DNA from: Candidatus Sabulitectum sp.
GTDB taxonomy: Bacteria; Fermentibacterota; Fermentibacteria; Fermentibacterales; JCC-6
Reading direction: 5' to 3'
Length of the DNA stretch: 64,000 bases
Assembly: GCA_023139045.1 (NCBI GenBank)
Contig: JAGLOJ010000003.1
Coordinates: 41,240 to 105,239, forward strand
Below, in pieces: positions 39,328 through 49,065 of the stretch (position 1 is the stretch's first letter; each line of letters begins with the position of its first letter). The notes under the pieces were generated by a model that worked only from the letters and a program-made list of their open reading frames with translations, had not been told where the DNA came from and made no database searches. The translations under genes were made by a program, and so were the position numbers.

Positions 39328-39981
39328 ATGATTATTACCAGTTCATTGCCGGTAAGCCCGGGTAGAGTGTATATCCTGGGTGGCGGAAGGTTTGGCAGTT
39401 CTGCCGCATTCAAAATAAGTCATCAATGGCCCCGCTGTAAAGTTTACCTTGTAGACAGGATTCCGGAATTGTCTTCTAAAATTCCGGGAGAACATCACGC
39501 CGGGACAGATGCCATTGAATTTCTTCGAAACAACCTTGACAGACGCAGGCCGGATGATCTGGTGATTCCCTGCGTGCCTCTGCATGTTGCTTTTAACTGG
39601 GTTCTCGGTCACATTGGGTTTTGTATACCAGTGCCTGTTCGTGTCATGGAGTTTCTTCCAGGAGCAGTTGCAGGGAATGACGGGTGTATCTACAGTTCCC
39701 TGAGTGATTTCATCTGTCCCGATTCCTGCCCTGAGCCCGAAGATTTTTGTTCAGTAACAAAAAAAGAACAGGATGAACCTCTCTTCGGTATTATGGGGAA
39801 GATTAATCTGAATTCCTACAGCACAATTGTTGTCCGTTCGGGTCAGCTTCTTCCTGGAGTTGGAGCCATTACATCAGGACAGCTCTCTGCTCTGCTTACT
39901 GAGGTCAGGAAAGAGAAAGGAAGATTTCTCATAGGTACAGCGTCCAGATGTCATGGAGTTATTCACGGTTTTGTGCACTGA
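39328..39981 (+). CDS. Hypothetical protein with N-terminal Rossmann-type dinucleotide-binding motif
   Basis: VYILGGGRFGSSAA GxGxxG motif. Cys-rich middle segment (CPDSCPEPEDFC). No family recognised. Confidence 0.5.
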   Translation: MIITSSLPVSPGRVYILGGGRFGSSAAFKISHQWPRCKVYLVDRIPELSSKIPGEHHAGTDAIEFLRNNLDRRRPDDLVIPCVPLHVAFNWVLGHIGFCIPVPVRVMEFLPGAVAGNDGCIYSSLSDFICPDSCPEPEDFCSVTKKEQDEPLFGIMGKINLNSYSTIVVRSGQLLPGVGAITSGQLSALLTEVRKEKGRFLIGTASRCHGVIHGFVH

Positions 39982-39995
39982 AAGGATTGATCTGA

Positions 39996-40472
39996 ATGAA
40001 AAAAGCGATTGTAATCCTCTTGATTCTTGTGGTTGCGGCAGCGGCAGAGGAATTCAAAAGGCATGCCTTTACCCTGTCGGTCGGAAGCCCCGGTTTGATC
40101 CTTCCCGAACTTGCCTATGAATTTTCATTTGATAAAAGCAACAAGGTTGCAGTTGCAGCCGGTACATTTTTCTTCGTACCTGAATACCGGTTGAGCTACG
40201 TAAGAATGATGAATTCCTTCGAGCTCACCGGAAGTGTCGGTTATGTTCCGTCTCTCGAAGAGGAGGATGACAGTTTTTTTGACGTATTTTTTGAAGAGCT
40301 GTTTTCCTACGGAACCGAAGGAACAACATTTATTTCCGGAACCGGGGGATACAGATACACAGCAGACGGTGGATTCATCTTCAGGATTGCCGGTGGAGGC
40401 GGGTACTTTGTTGGCAGCGATAAATCCGGTGTACTCCCATTCGTCCAACTCGGTGTCGGGTATGGATTCTGA
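39996..40472 (+). CDS. Secreted small hypothetical protein (possible beta-barrel OMP)
   Basis: Signal peptide MKKAIVILLILVVAAAA, Gly/aromatic-rich, C-terminal GYGF. Confidence 0.5.
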   Translation: MKKAIVILLILVVAAAAEEFKRHAFTLSVGSPGLILPELAYEFSFDKSNKVAVAAGTFFFVPEYRLSYVRMMNSFELTGSVGYVPSLEEEDDSFFDVFFEELFSYGTEGTTFISGTGGYRYTADGGFIFRIAGGGGYFVGSDKSGVLPFVQLGVGYGF

Positions 40473-40562
40473 TCAAAGGTAGATCGCACTAATCCTACCG
40501 AAACAGTATGAATAAGAGACAGCTGTAAACAGGACGTCTGTCGGTTGCAATTGCCTGGCGCA

Positions 40563-40591
40563 TTGACAGCAGTGTTGTTTCTGCCTATTCT
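40563..40591 (+). promoter_or_regulatory. Sigma70-like promoter upstream of the FG-GAP gene
   Basis: TTGACA, 17 nt spacer, TATTCT, about 50 nt upstream of the GGAGGAGG SD and the ATG at 40642. Confidence 0.5.
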
Positions 40592-40641
40592 ACTGTGTGT
40601 TTCGTGAAATGTATCGAGATCATTTTTTGGAGGAGGTTTAA

Positions 40642-41856
40642 ATGAGATTTTTACCGATTCTTATGCTTCTTGCCGCCGGGTTGTGTATGGCTCAGGCCCC
40701 AGCCTACCAGTCGTACCTGTACATGGAATGTGCCGGTGCCCAGATCGATGTGGGTTACTACGGGGCTCCCTGTATTGCCAACTGGAGTGATGACGTGAAT
40801 AAGGACATGATTCTTGGAGTTTTTACCGGTGGCAGGATTCGTTTCTATGCAAATGAAAACACCAACGATTCTCCGGTTTTTAACAGCTACTCTAACCTGA
40901 AGGCCGATGGTACAACCATTACCCTTCCTTCCGGTTGATGCACCGGAGCCACAAATCCACAGGTTGTGGATTGGAACGGTGACGGTCTTTCTGATATTAT
41001 CGTTGGAGACAGAAACGGTTACGTTACCTATTTTAGAAGAACGGGCTCAGGAGCAGACGATCTCACTTCCGAAGGGCACATGACTGCCGGCGGAAGTGTC
41101 ATTGATGTGGGTCAGAACTCTGCCCCGGTCGTGGTTGACTGGAACGACGACGGCCTTCTTGATCTTCTCATTGGCAACGATGCCAGCTCGCAGGGAATCA
41201 GGCTTTATCTTAACTCGGGAACCACTGCCAATCCGGTTCTTACAACCTGGTCATACATTCAGAGCAGTGGATCAAACATCAACAGATCTCGTTGCTGTCC
41301 ACAGGTCTATGACATGAACGGTGATGGTAAGAAAGATCTTATCATGGGCGAAAATAATGCCCAGATCTACTACTACGAAAACACAGGTACTAATGCTGCC
41401 CCGGTTTTCAGCGGCTATGAAGCAATACAGAGTAATGGAAGCCCCCTCGATCTTTACGCAGGCACAAGACTCTGGGTAAATGACTGGGACGAGAACGGAA
41501 TTCCGGATCTTATAGTCAGTGACTTTAACGGTTATGTTCATGTTTTCATGGCTTATCCGACCGGTGTAGCAGAAGAAACGGTAGCTCAGATTCAGACCGG
41601 TTTCGCTGTAGCTCCTGCAATAAATCCGGCGCAGGGTTCCTTCAACATCAATGTTCAGGCACCCCAGGGTGGAAACATAGAGTTAAGGATTTACGATTCT
41701 GCCGGTAGACTTGTTGCCACAAGGAATGCAGCGTCTCTGTCGGAGGGCACAAATCTTATCACTGTTGATGCCGCTTCAATGCCCACGGGTGTTTACGCTG
41801 TTGTTGCCAAAACCGGTTCCGATATCTCGACTTGCAGGATGGTTCTTACAGACTGA
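40642..41856 (+). pseudogene. Secreted FG-GAP/VCBS-repeat protein with T9SS C-terminal sorting domain, interrupted by an in-frame TGA at 40936-40938
   Basis: Two ORFs (40642-40938 and 40966-41856) lie in the same frame, separated only by TGA. The upstream part carries a signal peptide and the first FG-GAP-like repeat. The downstream part carries DWNGDGLSDII, DWNDDGLLDLLIG, DMNGDGKKDLIMG, DWDENGIPDLIVSD repeats and a C-terminal T9SS-type tail. TGA is a normal stop elsewhere in the window. Confidence 0.55.
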
Positions 41857-41874
41857 TCCAGAGTGCGTGAGAAG

Positions 41875-41906
41875 GGGGCAGCCTGATCGGACAGGCTGCC
41901 CCTTTT
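41875..41906 (+). terminator. Rho-independent terminator (between the FG-GAP gene and the convergent epimerase gene)
   Basis: 11-bp perfect stem GGGGCAGCCTG-atcgga-CAGGCTGCCCC followed by TTTT. Confidence 0.8.
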
Positions 41907-41907
41907 A

Positions 41908-42897
41908 CTATATGGCACTGAGCCCCGGATTCAGGAAAACATTAGTTTTGTACCAGATAAAAGTGCGGCGTAATCCTTCATCGAGAGAAATAATCGAAGT
42001 GTATCCCGTGGCTTCCGATGTCTTGGTCATGTCCGGGCAACGGCGCCGCGGGGATCCGGCAGTTACGGGACCCGCTGTAATTACAAGATTCGATTCCGCA
42101 ATTTTCAGTATCTTCTCCGCCAGAGAATTGATGGTGATCTCAGGAGATTCGTTACCAACATTAAAGGCTTGCCCCAGAGAAGATTCAGCCTCTGCCAGTA
42201 TCCGCATGATCTCGACAGCGTCATCGATGTAGCAGAAAGTTCTCCGGTGGTCAGGGGAAAAGACCGTAAGTTCGCCCTCTTTACTGAAAAAAGCCTTCTT
42301 GAATAACTCTGGAACAACATGTGACAAGCCCATGCGGGGGCCGTAAAAATTGTGAGGTCTGATTATGGTTACAGGCAGCCCTGAGTGCAGGCAAAGTGCT
42401 TCCCCGTATATCTTGGATAACATGTATGATGTTCTGTTTTCCGATAAATCGGTAACTGTAAGCGGGGTTGATTCTGGTGTGGGTACAGGCAGGGAGAAAT
42501 ACCTGAGAGTGCCTGCATAAATTTCACTGGTTGATGTGAACACAAACCTGTCCAGAAACCTCTGCTTCCTTCCGAACTCAATTACATTCCGGAGTAATTC
42601 AGTATTCTTTGTAAGTACATCGTACGGCGCTTTCAAAACAAACTGCACACCGATAATCGCTGCCAGATGGAAAATTATACTGTAATCTGTATCCAGATCA
42701 TTAAAAGATGTTTTCTCCAGCAGATCAAGATCCAGCAGATTCACATTCTCACGGTTTGATAGCTCCTGAAGGAAACTATCCTTAACGCCTCTTGCGAAAT
42801 TGTCAGCAATATCTACAAGATAACCTCTTCGCGCGAGATTGCAGGCCAGATGGTAGCCAATGAAACCGGCTCCACCTGTAATCAATACTTTTTCCAC
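41908..42897 (-). CDS. NAD-dependent epimerase/dehydratase family protein (SDR)
   Basis: N-terminal GGAGFIG Rossmann motif, ~330 aa, adjacent to the nucleotide-sugar dehydrogenase gene. Confidence 0.85.
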   Translation of the reverse strand: MEKVLITGGAGFIGYHLACNLARRGYLVDIADNFARGVKDSFLQELSNRENVNLLDLDLLEKTSFNDLDTDYSIIFHLAAIIGVQFVLKAPYDVLTKNTELLRNVIEFGRKQRFLDRFVFTSTSEIYAGTLRYFSLPVPTPESTPLTVTDLSENRTSYMLSKIYGEALCLHSGLPVTIIRPHNFYGPRMGLSHVVPELFKKAFFSKEGELTVFSPDHRRTFCYIDDAVEIMRILAEAESSLGQAFNVGNESPEITINSLAEKILKIAESNLVITAGPVTAGSPRRRCPDMTKTSEATGYTSIISLDEGLRRTFIWYKTNVFLNPGLSAI

Positions 42898-42898
42898 A

Positions 42899-44311
42899 TT
42901 AACCTCTTCCGATAGACAACAGAGTATGGCCCATGCCTCTAAGAGTAGAACGCTGGCTGGCTGTCAGTACATTGTTTGCGTCGAAAACCAGACAGTTACC
43001 GTCGGTACTCAGCCAGTGGTTGAAATCAATCCTGCGATAATCATGATGTGGCACCGCAAAGACAATTGCATCAAAAGAATCCGGTTCAGGCAAGTCCTTT
43101 GAAACACACATCTGCATCTCATCCCAGTACTTGACAAATGGATCATGGGGTGAAACGGCAGCTCCTTCCTTAAGAGCCTGAACTGTGAATTTTTCAGCAG
43201 GAGAATACCTTGTGTCACCGACATCCTGTCTGTAGCTGATACCCATTAGCAGAATTCTTTTTCCGCTTATGGAACCATTAAAGTATTTTTTCAATTTATT
43301 CAGCGTAACCAGAGGCATGGCCTGGTTTATTTTGATCGCCTGCGATGAGAATGGAAATTCATGACCGTCCAGGTGGAACATTTCCTTTGCAGCAAGCTTT
43401 GCAAAAAGAGGGTCTTTCGTTAAGCAGTACCCGCCTACACCAAATCCCGGTTGGCGCATATTTGAGTGTGTGGGTCTTTTTCTGATTGCATCAATAACCT
43501 CGAAAAGATCGAAGCCCACCTCTTCTGCGAACCTGCCCCACTCTTCCATAAAGGCTATATTGACAGCCCTGTAGCTGTTCTCGAGAACCTTTGCTGTCTC
43601 CGATGCATATGTTGTCTGCAATCTGGTTAACGGATACTCTTCAACATTGATAACTCTGGACAGGAAATCTTCACATCTGTCAGCTGCTGTCTGCGTGATA
43701 CCGGAGTAAACCCTCCAGAAATTAATTATTGAATCAAGGTACTCTGCTCCGGGCATCACTCTTTCATAGGAATGGGCGACGAGAACCGAGTCAGGGGCAA
43801 TACCTCGCTCTGCAAAGTGTTTGTTCAGTATCGGCTTAACAACGTTGATGCATGTTCCCGGTGGAACTGTGGTTTCAACGATTACCAGTGTGTTTTTTTT
43901 AATCCATTTACCCAGTGTGTGAATGGCACCTTTAAACGGTGCAAAATTAACAGATGGGGCTGCGCCTTCAATAGAAGTAATGTCCAGGTTGACGCTTACC
44001 AGAACAACATCGGCTTTCCCAATAACACTGTCGTCTGTTGTTGCGCTGAGATTTCCCCGCTTTACGGCATCTTCTGTGCCTTCAGTAATTGATACATCGA
44101 CGGTCTCAAACGGGAATACCCCTGAATTGATACTGTCGACTCTTTTGTTGCCGGCTGTGTTGTTAAGATCAATTCCGATAACATCAAAATAAGGAGCGCC
44201 ACGGGCATCAACCGCATTTGCCACAGCAACTGCCATAGCGGCCCCTACAAAGCCCAGGCCCTGTACAACTACGGTCTGCTGAACAGCAACGGAATCAGAC
44301 GTCTTCCCCAT
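42899..44311 (-). CDS. Nucleotide-sugar dehydrogenase (UDP-glucose/GDP-mannose dehydrogenase family)
   Basis: N-terminal VVQGLGFVGAAMAVAVA NAD-binding motif, ~470 aa, central catalytic-Cys region, family-typical length. Confidence 0.85.
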   Translation of the reverse strand: MGKTSDSVAVQQTVVVQGLGFVGAAMAVAVANAVDARGAPYFDVIGIDLNNTAGNKRVDSINSGVFPFETVDVSITEGTEDAVKRGNLSATTDDSVIGKADVVLVSVNLDITSIEGAAPSVNFAPFKGAIHTLGKWIKKNTLVIVETTVPPGTCINVVKPILNKHFAERGIAPDSVLVAHSYERVMPGAEYLDSIINFWRVYSGITQTAADRCEDFLSRVINVEEYPLTRLQTTYASETAKVLENSYRAVNIAFMEEWGRFAEEVGFDLFEVIDAIRKRPTHSNMRQPGFGVGGYCLTKDPLFAKLAAKEMFHLDGHEFPFSSQAIKINQAMPLVTLNKLKKYFNGSISGKRILLMGISYRQDVGDTRYSPAEKFTVQALKEGAAVSPHDPFVKYWDEMQMCVSKDLPEPDSFDAIVFAVPHHDYRRIDFNHWLSTDGNCLVFDANNVLTASQRSTLRGMGHTLLSIGRG

Positions 44312-44404
44312 TAAATCTCCCTGACAAAGTGGGCTGAAGTATGCGCAGTTTCAAAACTGTCGCTGCAATTATAAAGCATCGTGCTTCCCAGTGTACCGGT
44401 TAAC

Positions 44405-44441
44405 AAAAGGGGCTGGTGCAGGCGCCCAGCCCCGAAAAAAG
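44405..44441 (-). terminator. Rho-independent terminator after the lipoprotein gene (minus strand)
   Basis: On the minus strand a GGGGCTGG-gcgcctgca-CCAGCCCC hairpin is followed by a T-run. Confidence 0.7.
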
Positions 44442-44445
44442 AGGT

Positions 44446-45564
44446 TTACTGCACTATGAAAAGCTGCTGGTAACCCAGTTCGGGATCATCCTCCCAGGCC
44501 AGAATGCCCATGGAGTTCATTGAGAAGCGCCAGGTCCAGCCTGTTTCCGGGAAAACCTTGTGACCGATAAGGGTGCCTTCCATATCGAAGATGTCGAAGA
44601 ACGGCTGCTCGATTGTTCCCCTCTGTACCCAGATGTTTCCGTCAGGTCCGATGTTCACGCTGATTACCATGTCGCGGTAGGGCTCAGGGTCAAACCCTCC
44701 CATGTCATTACCCCCCATTTGGGCAAAGAAGCCTTCTATATAGGCTTTCTCTTCGGCTATTTCCTGATCAGATTTAGCCACAGGTTCCAGGGGTATTGAA
44801 ATGGTGAAAGCCTCAGTTCCATCAGGATGCCAGCCATGGATTGTGTAGTTCTCGGATTCCCTGAGAGCGAAAAGAACGACATCTCTGTCTGCGGTCAGGG
44901 ATGTGCCGAGGAACAAATCGTTAATAAGCCATGAGCTGCTTCCAACAAGATCGCTGATTGTAACATCAACAGAATCCTCCCAGAAAATATGATCATATTC
45001 TTCAGTGTTGTAAGTGAAGAGAACAATTCTCCTGAAAATTTTTAGATTGCCATTGTCTACCTGCGTGAAGTCGATCATGAAAGAGGCAAAGGTACTGTCG
45101 GAAAGTGCTGCATTCTGCATGGGTTGATTCTGGCTCCAGAGGGATATCTCTTCCAGGTACTTGAGGGAATCATCGAACACCACAAAGCCCTGTTTCATCC
45201 TGTTAAGAGCAAGGACATTCCCACCAATCTGAAAAAATTCAAGAGTGGCAAAAGAGAGTTCTCCAGGGCCGCTGCCCTGTCGGGAAACCTGTCTGATGTA
45301 CTCACCTGATGGAGTGTATTCCTTGAAACAGGCGGCCCCGCTGTCAAGAATGAGGATGTTACCTGTGTTCCGGTGGTACTCGGCATCAGCGAGAATGCCG
45401 AATGTGCTGGTGGAATCACCAAGTTCCTCTCCGATGTATCCTGTTATCTCAAGGGTATCTAAGGGGAAAGACGGTGCATTTGCCACCTCGGCTGGTGCTT
45501 CCTCCTCGCCACCGCAGGAAGCGAGAAGCAGAATTGCAGAAAAAGTCAGGAACATCAACTTCAT
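44446..45564 (-). CDS. Lipoprotein, probable beta-propeller fold
   Basis: Signal peptide with lipobox (MKLMFLTFSAILLLASCGG). ~370 aa, no catalytic motif. Confidence 0.6.
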   Translation of the reverse strand: MKLMFLTFSAILLLASCGGEEEAPAEVANAPSFPLDTLEITGYIGEELGDSTSTFGILADAEYHRNTGNILILDSGAACFKEYTPSGEYIRQVSRQGSGPGELSFATLEFFQIGGNVLALNRMKQGFVVFDDSLKYLEEISLWSQNQPMQNAALSDSTFASFMIDFTQVDNGNLKIFRRIVLFTYNTEEYDHIFWEDSVDVTISDLVGSSSWLINDLFLGTSLTADRDVVLFALRESENYTIHGWHPDGTEAFTISIPLEPVAKSDQEIAEEKAYIEGFFAQMGGNDMGGFDPEPYRDMVISVNIGPDGNIWVQRGTIEQPFFDIFDMEGTLIGHKVFPETGWTWRFSMNSMGILAWEDDPELGYQQLFIVQ

Positions 45565-45676
45565 TTCATCTCCAATCAAAATGGGTGTGCCTGTATAAGT
45601 TACTGCCGGAATAGTGGAATGTCAAAAAAACGCTGGAAATACTATATTGCACAGAACGGGGGAAGGAGCCTTCGGC

Positions 45677-46648
45677 ATGAAAATTACAGTACTTGGCTGC
45701 GGAAGATGGGGCAGTTTTCATCTCTGGTATGCGGCGAAGCTGGGGTATCAGGTAACGGGGTGGGAACCAGCCGACAGCGAGAACTTCGCTCTGCTTGTGA
45801 AGAACAGATCAAATCCCTATCTGGCCCTGCCTGATTCAGTGTTTCTTACCACTGATCTGGAAAGGGCTCTTGATGCTGATCAGATAATTATCTCGCTACC
45901 TGCTCAACTTTTTCGCGGACTTGCATCGCAGCTTGCAGAATACGACCTTTCGGGTACTGATGTTGTGTTGTGTATGAAGGGGCTCGAGTTGTCCACAGGC
46001 AAGCGGCTCTCTGTTGTTGCTGAAGAAGAGGGGCTGCATCACCGTTCTCTAAGCATCTGGGTTGGCCCGGGGCATCCGCAGGACTTTGTGGCTGGTGTTC
46101 CCGGTTGCATGCTTATAAGCTCTCTGGATGAGGATGCATCCATAAGAATCACAGAGAGAATGGGTTCTCCTCTGGTAAGAATGTACCGTTCCACCGATCT
46201 TATAGGTTGCGAGATCGGAGCCGCGGCAAAGAATGTGGTAGGCATCGCCGCAGGTATGCTGGACGGCATGAAAATGAGTGGCCTCAAAGGTGCTCTTATG
46301 GCTCGCGCCCCCCAGGAGGTTGCCCGGCTTGTACAGGCATCCGGCGGCGACTGGAGAAGTGTTTACGGTCTTTCACACCTGGGAGATTACGAGGCCACAC
46401 TGTTTTCAAAGTTCAGTCGAAACAGGAATTTTGGTGAGTCTCTGGTAAGAGAAGAAAAAATGAGCGGGCTGGCCGAGGGAGTACCCACTTCACATGCTAT
46501 GCTTTCTCTTGCAGGAAGGCTCTCTGTGGAACTTCCTATAACATCGATGGTACGAAGTATTATTGACGGAGAAACAGATCTAAGAACCGCGATCGGACAG
46601 CTTTTCCTCAGGCCTCAGAAAGAAGAATTCAGTGCCACTCTCAAATAA
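45677..46648 (+). CDS. gpsA: Glycerol-3-phosphate dehydrogenase [NAD(P)+]
   Basis: MKITVLGCGRWGS Rossmann N-terminus and EIGAAAKNVVGIAAG GpsA signature. GGAAGGAG SD before the ATG at 45677. Confidence 0.9.
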   Translation: MKITVLGCGRWGSFHLWYAAKLGYQVTGWEPADSENFALLVKNRSNPYLALPDSVFLTTDLERALDADQIIISLPAQLFRGLASQLAEYDLSGTDVVLCMKGLELSTGKRLSVVAEEEGLHHRSLSIWVGPGHPQDFVAGVPGCMLISSLDEDASIRITERMGSPLVRMYRSTDLIGCEIGAAAKNVVGIAAGMLDGMKMSGLKGALMARAPQEVARLVQASGGDWRSVYGLSHLGDYEATLFSKFSRNRNFGESLVREEKMSGLAEGVPTSHAMLSLAGRLSVELPITSMVRSIIDGETDLRTAIGQLFLRPQKEEFSATLK

Positions 46649-47771
46649 ATGCAGATTGTTTTTTCTTTTTGTGTTGCTCTTTGTTGCAGGAGCGGCTTCA
46701 GGTGAAGAGAATTGCAGGTACTTCTGGGTAGTAAGAGATGGTCTTGGCAGCCCTGAACAGATCGACGAATTGCTCGCAAGGGCTCAAACTGCCGGTGCCA
46801 ATGGGATTATGGTTCAGGTGGTGGGCAGGGGAGAGGCTTACTACAGGTCTGATCTTCTTCCTCCTGCCGATTTCTCCGGTTTTGAAGACCCTCTCCAGTA
46901 TGTGATTCAGAAAGCGGGACCTATGGGCATGGAGGTTCATGCCTGGGTAAATGCTTATCTGGTGTGGTCTGCACCGTGGGAACCGGAATCTCAGGATCAT
47001 GTCTATCATGCCCATCCCGAGTGGTTCACTGCCCACAGCAATGGGCGGAGTTCAAGATCTTACACCCATGAGCAGGCTGAAGCTGCCGGTCTTGCAGGAG
47101 CAACACTTTCACCGGCTTATCCGGGAGTCAGAGAATACATCACCGATATCGCGGTTGAGATAGCAGATAACTACAACATCAGGGGAATTCATCTGGATTA
47201 CATAAGATATCCAAATTCCTCTTTCGGTTACTCGCGGCGCGAGCTGGAACTTTTCCAACTGGCAACCGGCCTTTACCCGGAAGAAGACCCTGAGCAGTGG
47301 GGCATCTGGAGGCAGCAGCAGGTTACTGAAACCGTTGCTACTGTACGGGCCTCACTGAGGTCGGCAGATCCGGGAGTGCTCCTCTCATGCGCTGTTATGG
47401 CCAACCCCTACTCGGCTGCTTCAGAATTTTCCTGCGACTGGCAAAACTGGTTGACTCAGGGGCTGGTTGATTTTGTCTGTCCCATGGCCTACACTTCCGA
47501 TCCCCTGCGGGCTCTTGAGCTGGCGGCAGCAACTACTTCGGTGCATCCGGAGAAGGTTGTGTACGGTATTGGTGTCTGGAATCAGACTGTAAGCAATGCC
47601 ATTGCAGGCGCTCAAAAAGCCTTGTCACTCGGTGCCGGAGGAATTTGCGTATTCAGTTTGAATTCGCTGCCTGCCGGAGGCGAGCAGACGCTTGGAAGAG
47701 GCTGGGGAACAGGTTCCTCTCCTGAACACGGCATATCTCCCGCATACTTCAACAGAGTGAGGGTGCCTTGA
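46632..47771 (+). CDS. Glycoside hydrolase-like family 10 (GHL10/DUF187) secreted protein
   Basis: GTG start with a K/R-then-hydrophobic signal peptide. TIM-barrel-like family pattern (GANGIMVQVVGRGEAYYRS...HAWVNAY...GIHLDYIRYP). Confidence 0.7.
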   Translation: MPLSNKCRLFFLFVLLFVAGAASGEENCRYFWVVRDGLGSPEQIDELLARAQTAGANGIMVQVVGRGEAYYRSDLLPPADFSGFEDPLQYVIQKAGPMGMEVHAWVNAYLVWSAPWEPESQDHVYHAHPEWFTAHSNGRSSRSYTHEQAEAAGLAGATLSPAYPGVREYITDIAVEIADNYNIRGIHLDYIRYPNSSFGYSRRELELFQLATGLYPEEDPEQWGIWRQQQVTETVATVRASLRSADPGVLLSCAVMANPYSAASEFSCDWQNWLTQGLVDFVCPMAYTSDPLRALELAAATTSVHPEKVVYGIGVWNQTVSNAIAGAQKALSLGAGGICVFSLNSLPAGGEQTLGRGWGTGSSPEHGISPAYFNRVRVP

Positions 47772-48529
47772 ATTTAGCAGTACTGGCCAGCGGATCATCA
47801 GGTAATGCCCTTGCAGTCGAGTACCGGGGACAGATGCTCTTTTTTGACGCAGGTCTCAGCGGAAAACAGCATCTTCTTCGTCTTGAAAGTTCCCGTTTAC
47901 CGAAAGCTGATCCCGTGGGACTTTTTCTCAGTCACGAACACGGGGATCATTCAAGAGCAGCTGGAATACTTGCAAGAAAATGGCAGATACCTGTATTCGG
48001 AACAGAGGGCACTATACACGGCTCCAGACTTGTCGGGCAGAAGCTTCACGGCCTTGAGTACTTCTCCAACGGAGACACAGTTCAGGTGGGACATTTCACA
48101 GTACAGCCGTGGAGCATATCGCATGATGCCAGAGATCCCAGTGGTTTTACAGTAACTGCCGGAGGCAGAAAACTCGGCATAGCCACGGATATGGGTGTTT
48201 TCAGCCCCCTTGTGCAGACCATGCTTGAGGGATGTCACGGACTGGTCTTTGAATTTAACCATGATACTGATATGCTCTGGAATGGTTCATACCCATGGCC
48301 GCTGAAACAAAGAATAGCGTCAGGTGAGGGTCATCTCTCCAATGATGATGCTGCTGAGGCACTTGCTTTGATTGTGCATGAGGAGTTGAGGTTCTGCGTT
48401 GCGGCACATCTCAGTGAGGAGAACAATACGGCTGACCTTGCATTGAAAACCTGTGAGCAGGTTGCTGAAGGAAGATTTAGAGTTCTTGCGGGAAAGCCTT
48501 ACCAGGCTCTACCCTTCTTTGAAGTATAG
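47768..48529 (+). CDS. MBL-fold metallo-hydrolase
   Basis: HxHxDH motif (LSHEHGDHS). The start overlaps the previous stop. Confidence 0.75.
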   Translation: MNLAVLASGSSGNALAVEYRGQMLFFDAGLSGKQHLLRLESSRLPKADPVGLFLSHEHGDHSRAAGILARKWQIPVFGTEGTIHGSRLVGQKLHGLEYFSNGDTVQVGHFTVQPWSISHDARDPSGFTVTAGGRKLGIATDMGVFSPLVQTMLEGCHGLVFEFNHDTDMLWNGSYPWPLKQRIASGEGHLSNDDAAEALALIVHEELRFCVAAHLSEENNTADLALKTCEQVAEGRFRVLAGKPYQALPFFEV

Positions 48530-48537
48530 GAGGTATT

Positions 48538-49065
48538 TTGTACAAGGCCACGATTCTGATGCTTGCAGTTGTCGCCACTGTCATGGCGGGGACGGTAAAT
48601 TTTGTTTTTGAGGGAGCAGGTATAACTCCCATTGGTGGATGGGGTGAAAATTTAAGCAGCGGACTTGCCGGTGGTTTGTACGGCAACTGGTTGTTTTCTC
48701 CTAAATTCAGAGCAGGGCTGGGAATTGAAGGCACTGTTTTTGGCGATGCCAATCAGGGCAGTGCTTCATTTACTCAGATGAAGCCAATGGGTAATGTTTC
48801 ATTATTTCTCCGCCCTCATGGAGCTGTTTTCAACCCGGGTCTTGTTATGGGTTTTGGATACTGCAGAAGCCGGCTTTCTTCCGGTGGTGGAATTGATCCG
48901 GTTAGCTGGGATCCGTTCTGGCGAGCCGGGATCAGATGGAATTTCAGTCTGGGCTCACCATGGCGGGCAGGGCTTGGGCTTGACCTGGAGGGCATAATGG
49001 CTTCCGGAAAATCAGGGGACGCATTCAGGTTAACCTTTGGTGTTTCAAGGGAGGTGCAGCTGTGA
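48538..49065 (+). CDS. Small outer-membrane beta-barrel protein (hypothetical)
   Basis: Signal peptide, Gly/aromatic-rich with alternating pattern, 175 aa. Confidence 0.5.
   Translation: MYKATILMLAVVATVMAGTVNFVFEGAGITPIGGWGENLSSGLAGGLYGNWLFSPKFRAGLGIEGTVFGDANQGSASFTQMKPMGNVSLFLRPHGAVFNPGLVMGFGYCRSRLSSGGGIDPVSWDPFWRAGIRWNFSLGSPWRAGLGLDLEGIMASGKSGDAFRLTFGVSREVQL

Noticed and set aside
40936-40938. Genetic-code reassignment of TGA (code 4 or code 25) as the explanation for the in-frame TGA
   Set aside because: TGA is used as an ordinary stop by many well-supported genes in this window (hsdS, the C25 paralogs, the sirtuin). Global recoding is therefore excluded and only local explanations remain.
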